Source: Balanoglossus misakiensis
Lineage: Eukaryota > Animalia > Hemichordata
Assembly: GCA_040954595.2 (NCBI GenBank)
Contig: CM082589.2
Span: forward strand, 462,988-526,987
Length of the DNA stretch: 64,000 nucleotides
Direction: 5' to 3'
This document shows, one piece after another, positions 25,394 to 40,300 of the stretch. Every line of letters begins with the position of its first letter. Position 1 is the first letter of the stretch. The translations under genes were made by a program, and so were the position numbers. The notes under the pieces were generated by a model. That model searched no databases, was not told where the DNA came from, and saw nothing but the letters and a program-made list of their open reading frames with translations.

Positions 25394-28300
25394 CTGTTGA
25401 GAGAGAAACATTGTCACAAAGTAAATTTAACATGCAGATTTTAAGAATGCTATAGACTCGATTGGTAAAACATAATCTCGACGTAATGAATTGTAGGTCA
25501 GTCCTGGAAACATGCAACTGAAAAAAAATACATGAAGAGAAACTAAAGACTTTAATCTTGATGTTGAATGATCAGTATTGACAATGTGGCATGCAGAAAT
25601 GACCTCCACTGTTTGTCCTCTGCCAGAAATGTTGATACCATCTAACAGCATGAACAAAACAATTTTGATCACAAATAGGCATGCGTATTCACTTTCGTTG
25701 TACCTTGAGTACAGTTTTCTCCAATGTATCCTTGGTTACACAAACAAGCATAACCAGTTAAACCATTGAAACATCGGCCATTTTGACATTTCTGATTGCA
25801 TTGTTGCAATCCAACATCTGTAAGTAAAGTAGTGTATGGTTAATGACTGAGATATTGTTCTCATGTGAAACACATGAACCCATCCTCCTGTGTACACTCT
25901 TAACCCTTTCACCCCTAGTTCCCACTGTAGAGGTCCAACTAAACCATAGAAAACAATTGGTTCGGACTGAACCATAGTGGCAAGAGGGTTAAAGACATGC
26001 CATGAGAAGACAACCATGTAGGTTTGGGGTAGATAGAAGATATGGAAAGAAGTTAAGGTTCCCCCACACCACCTGTCTAGCAAAACAAAAACAAAAAGAA
26101 ATGGTCAAAAAATGTGAACCTACTAGAAAAGAAGTAAAAGATTCCAGGGGATGTCTAACCCTATACCAATAAATTTGAATGTGTGACTAATATTTCAGGT
26201 GCTACGTAACTAAAGTATGGTCGTCGAAGTATAGCCAATAGGTCCATCACTCAAAGATGTCATGGGCCGTGTTCATGCACAAATGTGTTGTTCCTGCCCT
26301 TTTTTTGAGGTAAACTTTTCCAAAAACACCAAGAGCTTCCACCTATTTCATGCTCATGCATAGATTCAATAGGCTTTACCCTGCTCGCAAAGGATTCCAG
26401 TAAATCCTGAACTGCAACTGCACACAAACTGGGTATCATTGACCATAAGACACACGCTACCATGGAGACAAGGATTTGGATTGCACAAATTTCTTCCTGT
26501 GTGTGTAATGGAGGGATTAAGCAATCATAATTCAATCAGATATAGCGATATTTCTAAAGTTGGTTGGACAATAATAAACCATCTTCAATGCAAGTGATAA
26601 GACTGCAGAAGTTTCTTATTTTTCTGAAAATATATCCAAATGGTATTAACTATGAAGATAATCCTGAAAAAGACAAAGCTTGAAGATATATATTTTACTT
26701 GTTTCACAAGTGTTGCCAATAAAACCATCTGGACACTGGCAGCTGAAAGTACTTCCAAGATCGGTGCAGACTCCATCATTCAAACACGGGTCGGGATTAC
26801 ATGGCTCGCCTTTGAATATGGTAAATTCAAAAGTTACTGTTATTATAGAAGTTGAAAAGGTTGTGAAAGTACCAATATAACCATGCCATATACACAATGT
26901 GTTGAGAGCGTTGCCTGCAGGTGCGACGTAATAAATCAAGCCATGCATACTCAAAGACATCAGAATAAACATATAATTACTTGAGTTACAGGTGTCTCCA
27001 AAATAACCTGGTTGACATGTGCAGATGAAACCAAATGAGTCATCAACATCACAAATCCCGTCGAAGAGACACGGACTAGAACTGCAGGGATCAGCTGGAT
27101 GGTTTAAATGAGAAACGCTCATTTCAGTACAACCAGGACTGTTAGTATTGAATCATGCCTTTGCTCAATAGTTACAGATCATACAGAAAATAATACTAGC
27201 CACTACAGTATGTATACCGGTAAATATTAGTTTTTGTCAGGTGCTTCATTGTATGATCCTAACCAAAAGCAGAATATTGGGGAACCTGGTATTTGTACAT
27301 GCATATATAAGTATTTAAGTTTACTTATAGCACAGGTGTCTCCAACATAACCAGCCGGACATTCACACAAGAAACTGTCATTGTCTTGGTTTGTGCAGGT
27401 ACCACCATGTTGGCATGGATTGCTGCCACAAGGTGCTGGTGACGTAATTGTTGGGAAAGATTAAATCTCCATTAGCTGTAACATTGGGCTGTTTTTCCTT
27501 TCAAAAGTTTTGTAATGTGACAGAGGTGTATTTTATCATGCCCAATGAAATAACTGATACATGTATTATACATGAAGTCTAACATGATGTCCAAATGTCA
27601 TATCCAGCTGAGGAAAGCTTCCTTGTAGATTTAAAAAAAAAAATTATAATCTCTTTCTTTTCAACTTACCAAGACTTTCTTCATGGAACTGGACGTACCA
27701 CCCCTTCTCTCGTTTGTCACCATCTGATGTCCACTTCATCCACACTCTGTGATAACCAGAGTTGATCACCATGGGACCACCAAGTATTCCGGACAACGGC
27801 TGATCATTTTCAGTCAAAACGGTTGATGGATCTCCAACCACCCAACCACTTCCAATCTGTAGTTCATCATGCTGGGCCTCAGTTCTGAAATCTATTATCT
27901 CTATGCGAATCATTTTATCCATTGATGTTTCTATTTTGTATTCGCAATCTTGGTTGTTGGAATAACTGTTAGGGTAGTTGGTGGATCGAAGAACAGTACT
28001 TCCACCTGCTGGGATGCTCACAGTTTCATCACAAGAGGAAGCTGAAACATGATCAGAAATTACTTGAACCGGTTAATTCATTGTCTCAGTGCCACTCATA
28101 TGCATGGTAAGATACAGATGAATATTGGTTTCAACAACCAACTTTGTTGCTTTCCTTTTTTGCTGACCACTGTATCCACATCACCTGAAGTTTGACCCGT
28201 CCGGGCAGGAAGCAGCTGACAAGCAAATCTACTAAATGCCGCTAAATGTAACGTAATGTTATACTCACGTTGTTCACAGTTGGTTCCACTGAACTGTCGC

Positions 28301-31300
28301 GGACAAGTACAGGTGTATATATGCTCCATGTTGACACAAACGCCTCCATTCATACAGGGATTACTTGTACAATGATCTGCTTCTATGAATAAATGATAAA
28401 TACTTTCTTGAAGCATAAAGTCCTTTGTTTCCAAATTTCCTGATTTTGCAGTGGATTTGAAAAATGTCTTTGCGATCACAGGATGTGTGAATAAAATGTT
28501 GGTTACAAATGAAATTACCTTCAATGCAGTTAATACCAGTCCAGCCTGTTGTGCATTGACACACATAAGCATTGCCAATCCTTAGACATGTACCACCATT
28601 GTTGCAAGGCTGAGATGAGCATGCGTCAATAACTGAATTGAAATAGTAGACAGTCAGACAACATTATTCACTTAATAAGTAACTCTAACTCTGTTTGCAT
28701 TCTGTTCCCTGATGAGAAGATTGATAAAAATAACTTTCTCGATCCAGCCACGGAAATAAAGCAAGGAAAAAACAACATTCAACTGCATGGAAACTATATA
28801 TACCTCGTTCGCAAAGAATGCCGGTAAATTCTGGTGGACATTTGCATTCAAATGTTGACAGATGGCTTATGCATGTTCCACCATTTAAACATTCATTATA
28901 GTCGCACAGGTTGATTTCTGCATGGAAGTTAAAAAAACAGGAAAACATGCAAAACTAATGAATGCATTAATTACATAAATCATGCAAACACCAAGGATGT
29001 GCACATTATTCTATTGTGATGGTTTGTGTACTTTCGGCTGCGGGGAGGCGATAGGTCACACTGAGGGCAGCAAAGGAAACATGCATTTTCACTGGCTGTA
29101 CATACATACATGTATATGAATGAAATAAACAGAAGACGCTTACGACATCACAACAGATTCATCACTGAGTCGTCAAAGGATGAACGTTTCAGAAAAGACA
29201 TCTGTCAAGGCACATACACTACACTGGTAAGAACACCTGCCCATTGAAAGCTGTCTAAGAGGGATCATAGAGGGTTGTAAACGAGCGACTTCACCACCAC
29301 ATTGCAACTTACCCTGTCCACAATCACTCCCTGTATAACCAGTGTCACATATACATTGGTAGCGGCCAATATAATCCACGCAGGTACCACCATTCAAACA
29401 TGGATTGTTTGTACAATGTGGAACAGCTGAAATGTAAAAAAAAGTTAATAGATATTGAAATCCTTCACCACTAGTTTTAGTTTCTATCTAAGGACGACCA
29501 CACATACATAAAACAGCTACAATGTAGGTGACACATACAGTGAAAGGATTTTGATGAAGAGAAACATTAAAACACAAAGCAACATATACTACGATTATGA
29601 ACAGATTGTATACAGCTATTTATGGAGAAACAAAATATATTATGAGTGTTAGTATAAAATGGATTGTAAAATGTTATTTAAAAAGAAGATGGCACTGGTG
29701 ATGGCGTGACTGAACTTTTCAGTCTGAGTATGTGCAGAGGGAAAAATACTGCTTGTTAGAAGGGAGCGATATGGAGAGAATATTGCTTTGGTGGTCTGCT
29801 GCAGTCGATGCCTGCAAAGGAAAAGTTGCAAGCCATCACACTGTGATTTTAACTATTATCATCATTAATTCTATATGTTGCGCTAAATTTACGTGTCTTT
29901 AGACTTAAATATTAGATTTCATTCTTAACATTTGTTAGTGATCGAATGCCAAGTCGGTGAATTTGCAAACCTAGATTTTTGCATTGATCGATGACACTGA
30001 AACATTGCTGAGCTGTCAGTTGGTATGAGATTTCATTCGGAAATCCGTATTCCAAGTCTCTTCTTTTTCTCTTTGCGCAAGGGTCGTTATCTGCCAGATA
30101 AACATCACAAAGAACGAACGAGAAGATGTAAACATGCAGGACATCACACAGAACACAAAATTAAAAATAAATCAAAATCAAAATTCAAACACGAAGAGAC
30201 AGAGGTGAAGTGAAAAACACTTACAAATTTGGCAATTAGCGCCAGAATAAAACAAAGGACAGTCACAAGTGTAATAGATGGTGCTGAGAACTCGACACGT
30301 TCCGCCATTTTGACACGGGCTGGTGGCACAAGGCTGTATACCTAAAATGAAATGAAACGTTCGAGACACATGCAATTATTTTCAACCAGTCGTATAGCGA
30401 CTGTCATCCAGGGATGGAATCAGTTAATCCTCCATGGTCGGTCAGGGCAACTTACACGACAACAAGTTTGAAGCTCCTCCAGGAAAAAACGATATCACTT
30501 TATGATTAGTAACAATTATCACAATTCAAAACAAGGACAAAGACAAAGACAAACAAACAAAGAAAACAACAACAGCAATCAAAACCATAATACTTACGTG
30601 TTTCACAGGTCAGTCCGGTAAACTCAAGCGGACAGTTACACCCAAATGAGACATAGTTATTATTGTAGCACGATCCACCATTTCTGCATGGGCTGCTCAA
30701 ACATGGATTGGCACCTGTGTACAAACAAACAAGAGAGACGGTCAGTTGCTACTGAAGATGGTCAGCATTCTGCTTGATTTGTCCATTCTACAATTGTCAT
30801 GAATGATGTGTTATCAAAGACTTATTGCCTGGCCTATTTTGGAAATGACACATTTATTACCCCTGGTGACTGAGTAACCAGAATTGCATGTTACTCTGGC
30901 AACTCACAGTCCCTCAGGGGAAATAGATGGGTGCTATAGCCCTCATAGCCAGGCAATATGTATATTCAATATAGTAATAAACCACAACACTCACTTGTTT
31001 GACACAGCGTTCCAGTCCAAGCAATGGGACAGTTACATGTGAAAGAAGTATGTAAGTTGGTTGGGATACAAGTACCACCATTGCTACATGGATTGCTGTT
31101 GCATGGACTTGTGCCTGTAAAAAGAACATTAGAAAGAAGATTAAGATTAATAGAATCTCAAAAAGTTTGAACATAATCTCAAATTTCATAGAATGCTTCA
31201 TCACACAGATTGAAAAGAATGAGCAAGAAGATGAAATAAGACAATGAGAAACATACTTATATCACAGACAGGACCATTCCACCCAGAGGCACATAGACAG

Positions 31301-34300
31301 TAATACGCGTTTCCATTGGTTACACAAGAGGCGCCATTCTGACATGGCTGACTTGTGCATGGATCCAAGACAACTGCAATCAGAAGTAAAATATGACTTG
31401 ATCGGGAAAAGGACACACTTTGTTTTGCAAGGAAAAGACCGCTCTAAAAATTGACGTGCGCCATGTATTTCACATGAACGAAGAAAGTATGCAGCAAACG
31501 GTTCTAAAACCGCTTAAAGAAGAGCACATACCTAACTGACAGTTCATACCAGTCCATCCACTTTGACAACTACATTGGAAATACGCAGAACCTCCATCAT
31601 CAATGTAGTTTTGACAGGTGCCACCATTAAGACATGGACCAGATGTACACGGATTACCAACTGAAAATGTATGAGAGATATTTTTACTGATGACATCATT
31701 GCACAAGGACAAGTCACATTAGCTGCAACATTGATCAAATGTTTTACCTGTGAAAACAACCAACATGATGAAAAATCATCCCTTTAAATTTCTAACTCGC
31801 TGCCGTGTTATTCTGCAACAAGCATTATAGGATCACTATCAGGATATTGCCAGCATGTCCTGTAAAGTCAACTGCATGTCTGTGCAATTTTCCACTTACT
31901 TAATTGGCAATTGGTTCCAAAGTAATCCCCTCGGCACTGACATCTATACTCAAGGGGTGAAATGTACTCACAGGTTCCACCATTTGTGCAAGGGTTAACA
32001 GCGCATGGATTCAAACCTACAAGAAAAACATACAAATAACATGATCATGACAAAACTATTACATTAGACATTGCTGCCTCTCAAATCAAACTTTCACAGT
32101 CTACTCAAACTTTTGAATGAACACAAACTAATGTGTAATACTTTTAAACTTACTGTATTGACATTGTGTTCCGTAGTAGCCAGACAGGCACTGACACCGA
32201 TAATATGAAAAACTGATTTTTTCGCACGCACCATTGTTTTGACAAGGATTACTATCACATGGATCAATTTCTGAAAAAGACAAGAAAATGATGACCAAAT
32301 AAACACAAAAGAAACTAGCTGTATTCAATGATGTAATCTAGACGTGAACAAGTAGAAAATGTGGTAAAGGCTAGAATAGCAATGTTAAGTTATGCATCAC
32401 TGAATCATGAAATCTATAACCTCTTAAAGAAGATCTCCTGAAAGACTCTATATTGAACAGTTCCAACTTACCTTGATCACAGTTTGTACCAGTATATCCA
32501 GATATACAATTACACGAGTACAAATTATTGCCAGAGCTTATACAGTATCCATTGACACATGGATTTGCAGTCAGACAGATATCAACTGAAAGAAACAAAA
32601 AGTGATGAGTCAATTTCTTCCATCCACTCTCTCTCCAATCCTTCTTTCTGTCCACTGAATTTATTTAGCAACAGTTACTTTCTTGATCTGTTTGATGATC
32701 TTGTTTCAGACATACCTGTTCCACAGTAAGTTCCTGAATATCCACTTCTGCAAGCGCACACAAACGATGTGCCCACCGTGCGGCATGTACCACCATTCAG
32801 ACAAGGATTGGCACTACATGGGTTATAAGCTGTCAAGGTAAAATGTTGAGTCGAAATATAAACTACATGTACAAGGATAGCGTGTAACGTGTTAGCAATT
32901 GAGGCTGAAGTTAGTAGACGTCCTGTCAAGGTTGACGTATTTAGCAAAGAAGAGTAAAGCAAGAAACAATTGAAGTGGTCTACTCACCGAGAAGATCGCA
33001 GTTTGTTCCGATGTAATTTGCAGCGCAGTTGCAGGTGTACGAGGCCACATCACTGATGCACGATCCACCATTTTGACAAGGGTTGGAACTGCAAGGCCCA
33101 CCTAGATCAAGAAAAATCATAAAGTCTATTGCACTTTCCGCACCCTTGAAGCAGTAGACCACACTCTGTTGACTTGTGTAGTTCATTTTTCAAATTCTCC
33201 TTCATAAATAATCATGAAAACTTTTCTGAATGTGACATGACTTTCTTCAATGTGCTTACCGATAAGACATGTGCTTCCTGTCCAACCATTACTGCAAATG
33301 CAATTGTAGGTTGACCCAACCACTTGGCAGACACCGTTATTCCTACATGGGCTGGTTGAACAGGGACCTGAAATTATAAAACTTGGTATCAGAATCCCTT
33401 TTTTCGTGGCAATATACATTTGGACCCGCACTAAGGAAAGTGGGTCATTTTTATTATGAACAGATACGCTTACCATTTTGGCAGTTTGTTCCCGTAAAGC
33501 CTGTTGGACACCGACAAGTGAAGAAGGAAAAGTAGTTGGTACATGTTCCTCCGTTCTGACAAGGATTGGTCAAACACGCATCTTGGGCTGAAAGAAAAAC
33601 AACAGGGCATATTGAGTGAACCGCAAACAACCAAGTCATAGAAACAACAATTATTCAAATCCAAAATTCTTCAAAGTATCATTTACAGGAATAATATGTC
33701 TGATGTTACATGTAAGGGTTCAGCTAGTTTGACTGAATGACTGAAAATAAACTAATGATGAATATATCCATTTATCATGTTCAGTTGTTAAATGGTGTTT
33801 GATAAAATTTAAACAATGTATTTTGATAAGGGAAGCCGATGGATTTCGGGCTGAATTGGTCAGATACCTGTTTCACAATTTGTTCCAGTGTAGCCATTCT
33901 GGCATGTGCATCTATAATAAGCAACATAACTGGTACAATCGCCATTATTCTGACAGGGTGAACTGTAGCACGGATTTGCTGTGGTAGAAAAACAGAGAAA
34001 CAAAATGAGGGGCAACTGGACACAGCAGAAATGACCAGTACTAATGCAGGATTGGAACCAGAGCTGGGGATATATGCCACTTTGCCGTTGTTTATTCCAA
34101 GCGATTCCTTACACCATAGCTGAAACAAGAATACTGGTAATGTGGAAACCACCACTTTTTAAAGGACAAGGAAGAGTGTTTATGAATCACTACAGGTATA
34201 AGAACTAGTGTCTTCTTGACGGGGGTTGTTGACGGTAACAGGTTGATGGTATAACATCATGGCAGTGGATGGTTGCCTGTTTAACAGAACACAACACAAT

Positions 34301-37300
34301 AAAAGACAAGCACCAAGAGGGAGTATGTTTTGTTGGGGAGGGTTGGGCAACTTTAACAAAACTGGACTGGTAACTATTGTGTTCATCTGCTTAGCGAGGG
34401 TCGTGCAAAGAGGTACCTTCTTCTCAACCCTATATAAAGATTAGAAAAACACATTTATGCATCTCATTTCCAATACATACCAATACATTACATAGGGGAA
34501 CAATTTAACATAGAGCACAGATACATCTTTGTTACAAAGCGATAAACACGGGTTAAACTAAGCATCTTCTTTTACCATTACCAAACTGCAGCTTTTTATG
34601 CACCGGAAATAATTTCATATAAGTTAGATGTTAACTTTATTGACATATACATATACATGCATTATAACACGCTCGCAACAGCATGCGTAAGTAAGGCTGC
34701 GATTTGTTTTACAAGTTACCAGCTGTTTCGCAATGATATCCGGTGTATTCAGGTTGACACTGACATAAGTATTGGTTAGTCAGGGGGATACATGTGCCGT
34801 TGTTTTCACAGGGGTTGGGCTGACAAAGTTCTGTACCTGCAGCTGGGGGGAGGTAGAGGGGGCGTGCGAATCGGAGGGGAGGGGGTGATTAAATATAGAA
34901 AGAGATGATGAAATACAGCGTTCACAGAGAGATAGAAAACGAGTGATTTGTAAGACTGATCTATACCATAGCAGAGTATAGACACTGCTGTTGTGATATG
35001 TTAAGGTAATGTGAAGCTGGAGAATGTTGATGCTAATTTTGAAGGCTAAGCCAAAGATGAAAACCAATTGTTTTTGGCTTGTAGCAAAATAAAGGCAGCG
35101 ATAAAGCATGTTATAGCAGTGTCCATATGAGATTATCTGCATTAATAAATCTACGAAGAAATGTATGACTTACAGATTGAAATATATTTGATTTTGTTTT
35201 ATGCACTGTTCAGCTAAGGTTGTAATGTTTGATACATTCACATGTGTTTATTTGGTGACACTGCTATAACAAACTTTGCATGTGTTAGTGATGCAAATTA
35301 CTCAATAATTACCATTTTGACAATTGGCTCCAGTATAACCATCTTGGCAGAGGCAAACATAGGTGATGGCAGTAGCACCGGTGACTTTAAAACATGTGCC
35401 ATCATTCAAACAAGGTGAAGAATCACAGGGACTTGTTTCTATAAAAGTTACCACACGTGAATGATCTTGTGTAAATGATGGGGAGTCACAACGTGGATGG
35501 TTTTAGTGCTGGTTTGTCCTGCAGAAGCGCGATGCGATATTGCGCTGAGAAGTGTGGTTAGTTGCTATAAAGCGCTGGAGTTGGCGATGCAGGGAAAAGC
35601 TTTCAAAGTCTTGCATTCGGTCCGTTATAGGCATTTTGTGATCTGGGGCTGACATGGGGACCTAGTGATTGATCAACACTGATCTTTAAAGTTCGAGGGT
35701 AATACTTCCAAGTCATCAATGATACTGGAAACACCATGTCCACCACATGACCACAGATTACCCTGTGGAGCGAATGCAGAACTCCAGAAAGCAGCAAGAA
35801 CGCGCAACATCTAAATCGCCTGGCTGTGGCTCAGAAGAGGCCTCCTAACTTGAATCTTTCATTACCCATTTCACAATTTGTTCCAAAGAAACCATCAAGG
35901 CAAACACAGCTATACGATGTTGGTGTGGACCTCAAACAATTGCCTCCGTTCAGACATGGGTTTGGATTACATGGATTGGATTCTAGAAAAGAAAGTGGTT
36001 TAGCAGACTTTGTTAACCAACATGCATTACATGACATGGAGAGAAAATTACATAGAAATGAATGAAAAGTTTTTGATCAAGTGAACATTAGTAATACATG
36101 AGATAATTGATGGTAAGTCTGGTTTCCTGACCCTATACCACTGCTAGCTGCACTCTGCTAACAATCAGGATCAGAGGTATGCGTTAGCCATTTTGCCAAG
36201 ATTCTTGGCAAAAATGGCCCTTGCATGTTGTCAAATGATAGCCATGTATGGCCATAGAAAGATGCACAATTGCAAATTTTGTGAGTGCAGTGGTAGAGAT
36301 CAGGAACCCAGACTGAACCAATGTACGTTAGACACAAATGAAGCCCTCTCTGATTAATTGAACCAACATCAAATTGAAAATAAATGCCATGCAGTTATGA
36401 CATTACTTTCAGCTTTTAATTAGAAAATCAATAGTTACTATGAATAAAGACTGATGAGTAAACGATCAATGACTTTATGATGTTGTTTTATGCATTATTA
36501 ATTGATATGTATTAATGATTAGTATATCTCATGCATGCTTAGATGATCTTGGTAGATATAAATGTTGGTTGTGCATGAAAATATTTTACATGAAGAACTA
36601 TGATAAGAACGTCATTAGTAATTGTTATGTTACACAGAGACAAAGACGATGCCCAAGATGTTTCCTTTGGATCAGGATTTACTTTCTGGCACAGTGAACC
36701 CGACATACGTCACAAAAATGCACACACACATATTAATGACGTCAAGAACAGGAAATAATTGTTTTGGCTCTTGGCGCGCGCACACAGCAAAATGGTCATT
36801 TATTCATGACATTCAAATTGAACAAAATGCCCCTTCATCTCTGTCGGCATCTGCTACTATTGAACTAATATTCCACCACAAAAATCAAGTTTGATCACGT
36901 ATTTATGAGACTATCTACAGACAAACACACAGCCACACTAAAAACCCAACAAAACTGGCATCAAAATAAGAGTTCCATAGTAAACATATCACTATACTGA
37001 AATGACACTCAAGAATTCCGAAGAGACACACACGAAAAAAAATCCAGGTGAATGATGGATGATCACTCCAGGTTGACAGTCAAAAACGTGACTATCAGAC
37101 ACAAAAACGACACAAAATCAACACTGTAAGATTACCAGCTTGGCAATAGGTTCCTTCAAAACCAATGAGACATGCGCAGGTGTAATCTGTCGGAGAACGT
37201 TTGGTGCAAGTGCCACCATTTTGACATGGAGATGAACTGCATGGATCTAATTCTAGAAAACAAATGTGTATTTTGAAAAGTGTTATCAGATTTTCTATGT

Positions 37301-40300
37301 ACTGTTGTATGTATGTATGACACTTAGACACATCATCTTGGAAACACACCACACAGAACTCATCGCAAAAAAAAGTGTAAAAAATTTTCTATTAAAACAA
37401 AACAGACATCAGCACTGGGTTAAGTCCAAAAGAACACAATGCGGCACACACACCTACACAAACTACTTGAATAATTACCAAATTCACAATTGGACCCAAT
37501 ATATCCATCACGACAAATGCATGTGTGTTGTGTCGGAGTGGTTTTTAAACAATTACCATCGTTCAGACAAGGAGCTGAATCACAGGGGTCTAATTCTAGG
37601 AAAGCAATCGACCAAAAAAATACACAGTGACAGTTAACATCATGCAAGGCGATTTTAAAACCACTGCCAATACACTGCTGTTTAAACAATTCCACTGATG
37701 AACTTTTCTATGTTGCTACGTAAGGCCGCTACGCTGAACTGCATATCACAAGACAAGTAAAGCGCTTTTCCACACCATGCATCGCTAAAATCATGTTCAG
37801 AACAAACGCATGAAATAAGAGCATAACTGAACATTTTACATGCTGTCTTTAGACAGAACTTTTGACATGATTAAAGGTATACAATCACTAAAGCAAATTT
37901 TAACGGTTACAAAGAAGACATAAATAGAAAATAATGACAAACATTATTCTTCAAGGAACAAAACTAACAATAACCACCAAAAAGCACCAAAAATCAAAAT
38001 ACCAGAAGTACAGGAGAGAAAAAGCACAGCAAAGTACTAACACCAACAGACACATACAACTTCAAGTGATTTATCACATTTACAAGACTGGTAGCGAGGA
38101 CTTGAGAAAGTTTCACACAAGCACTATAGCGAAGAACCTTACTCTATAAAACAAGAGGATAGGAAACAAAGGTGACCGAACACCAACTAGAGATGACCAG
38201 AAACATGTATTGATTTCAGAGAAAGCAGTTCAACAACGAAGTGTACAAGACTAACAACTATTTCTTCAATGGCACTATAATTACCAGTTTGACAATTGGA
38301 TCCTGTATAACCGCTGAGGCATAGACAAGTATGCTCTGTTGGAGAGCTTTTTAAACAAGTTCCGCCATTTTGACAAGGGGATGAAGTGCATGGGTCTAAT
38401 TCTAAAAAAATGCAAACATTTGTGAAAAAAAAGAGCGATTAATAACGGCAAAAGCGCTTGTGATCTTACAGCAAATTTAAGCATCATACCAAGTTATCTG
38501 TCGTTTATGCATGTTACCAAAGCAACAATAAGACAGAAAAAATGTATAAGGCAGCGTAAAGAAAGGCAGCCATGTATTTGTTATCTCGCAGGATCTTGTG
38601 GAGTTCAGAAAAAGGTCTATTGAAACAATCCAGCTAGTTGAAAAGAATAGCGATAGTGGCAAAATAAGCATTCAAGCAAAAATAAAATTACCAGTTTCGC
38701 AATTGGCTCCTGTGTAGCCATCAGCGCAAAAGCAAAGATGCAAAGTTGAAGATGCCTTCAAGCAAGTGCCACCATTGGTGCAAGGAGATGAACTGCAAGG
38801 ATCAGCTTCTGCAAATTAAATTGGATTGATGATGATGTTAACAAGGGAAGGATTAGCATGGAGATCATCTGTCAAGGGGAAACATTGAGATGTACTTGCA
38901 TTATCACCACCACCAAATTATTGCAAAATTATATCGGTATGATATGGGATGTGTTTAGGGTATTCAGAGTTTCCATTTATCTCTAGCAACCCAAACCCTA
39001 ACATAAGCTTTACAACTGCTATTACACTCTCCCTCAATGACATTTTGATGGCACTATTTACTCCATCTTCCACCCAATATTCACCAAGGCACATGTGCTC
39101 GTTGTGTTGAGTAAACAACATCGGTTTGCAATGAGCACGCAATTTACAGAGATGCTTGCATTAACAGAAGATGTCATCCCTTATTGCCTTATGTGTCGCA
39201 ATTACCAGACAGTATGGCCAATAGCCTTATACTGTCCAGTACGTGTATAATTGATACACAATGCCTGCACTGACCATGTGTCTGTGATTGCAACAACATC
39301 TGCCAAAATGATTTGATAATAAATTGCAACAGCAGAGAGTGTAGAAAGATTAGATCTCTGGACAGGAATATACCACCACCAAACCGACATAATCGCAAAT
39401 GGTACAATAACGATAAATATAAAGTAAAGATGATGAAGAAGTGGTATATAAAACAACAGGGATGTTCTAACTGTAAAAATATACAATACAGAAGAACAAA
39501 CGCAACAATGATGTATAAAATAACAACTAATATACGAATATCTCAACGATAACATAAATGACAACAAGAAAGCGAGCGAGCATGCATGCCATGCAAGGGT
39601 CCAGTTGGGATTTTCAGCCAATACACGTATTTACCCTGTTCGCAGTTAACGCCACCATAAGCAGCACGACAGAGGCAAATGTAACTGTCAGTGCCATTCG
39701 CTGAACGGGGTACACACACACCACCGTTCATACAAGGCTCGCTGATGCAAGGGTTTTGTGCTAGAAAAAAACCAACGATTTAGAAGTTTAGTTCACTCAA
39801 CAATATTACGGCAACGATGAGACAATACCTTGTATGTAACCGTTTGAAGCGTAAAACTTACATTAAATTCCCCAAGCCATCTCATATGTCAGATACCGAA
39901 TGAAAGCGGTTCGCGTGACACAACGAGCTTTTGGATTGGCTCATGCGCTTTTGGTTATCACGAATCACGAGTGAAGTTGCATTGTAGTGTGAAGAAGCTG
40001 CTTTCCATCACAGATACAACCGATTAGTATGACCAGGATAATCATTTAGTCAAATGATCCATTTGCTTTAAGTCACATGTGCTGTTCCAGCTACAGTAAA
40101 GACTGCGATAGGATTTGTGATTGCAACAATACAAAGATGAACGCCAGCCATCCACAACACGCAACAGTTAACCCCAAGAAGCAGTCAAAACACTTCAGAC
40201 AGTTAACGTTTAGTTGTGAACATCAAACATAATTACCAACTTGGCAGTTGATTCCAATGTAGCCGGAAACACATAGGCATGTGTATGTCGCAGATAGGAA

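Noticed and set aside
34180-34280. [14 protein letters not shown] fragment after an acceptor-like site, a possible pseudo-exon
   Set aside because: Only one cysteine, early stop in the phase-1 frame and no clear donor.
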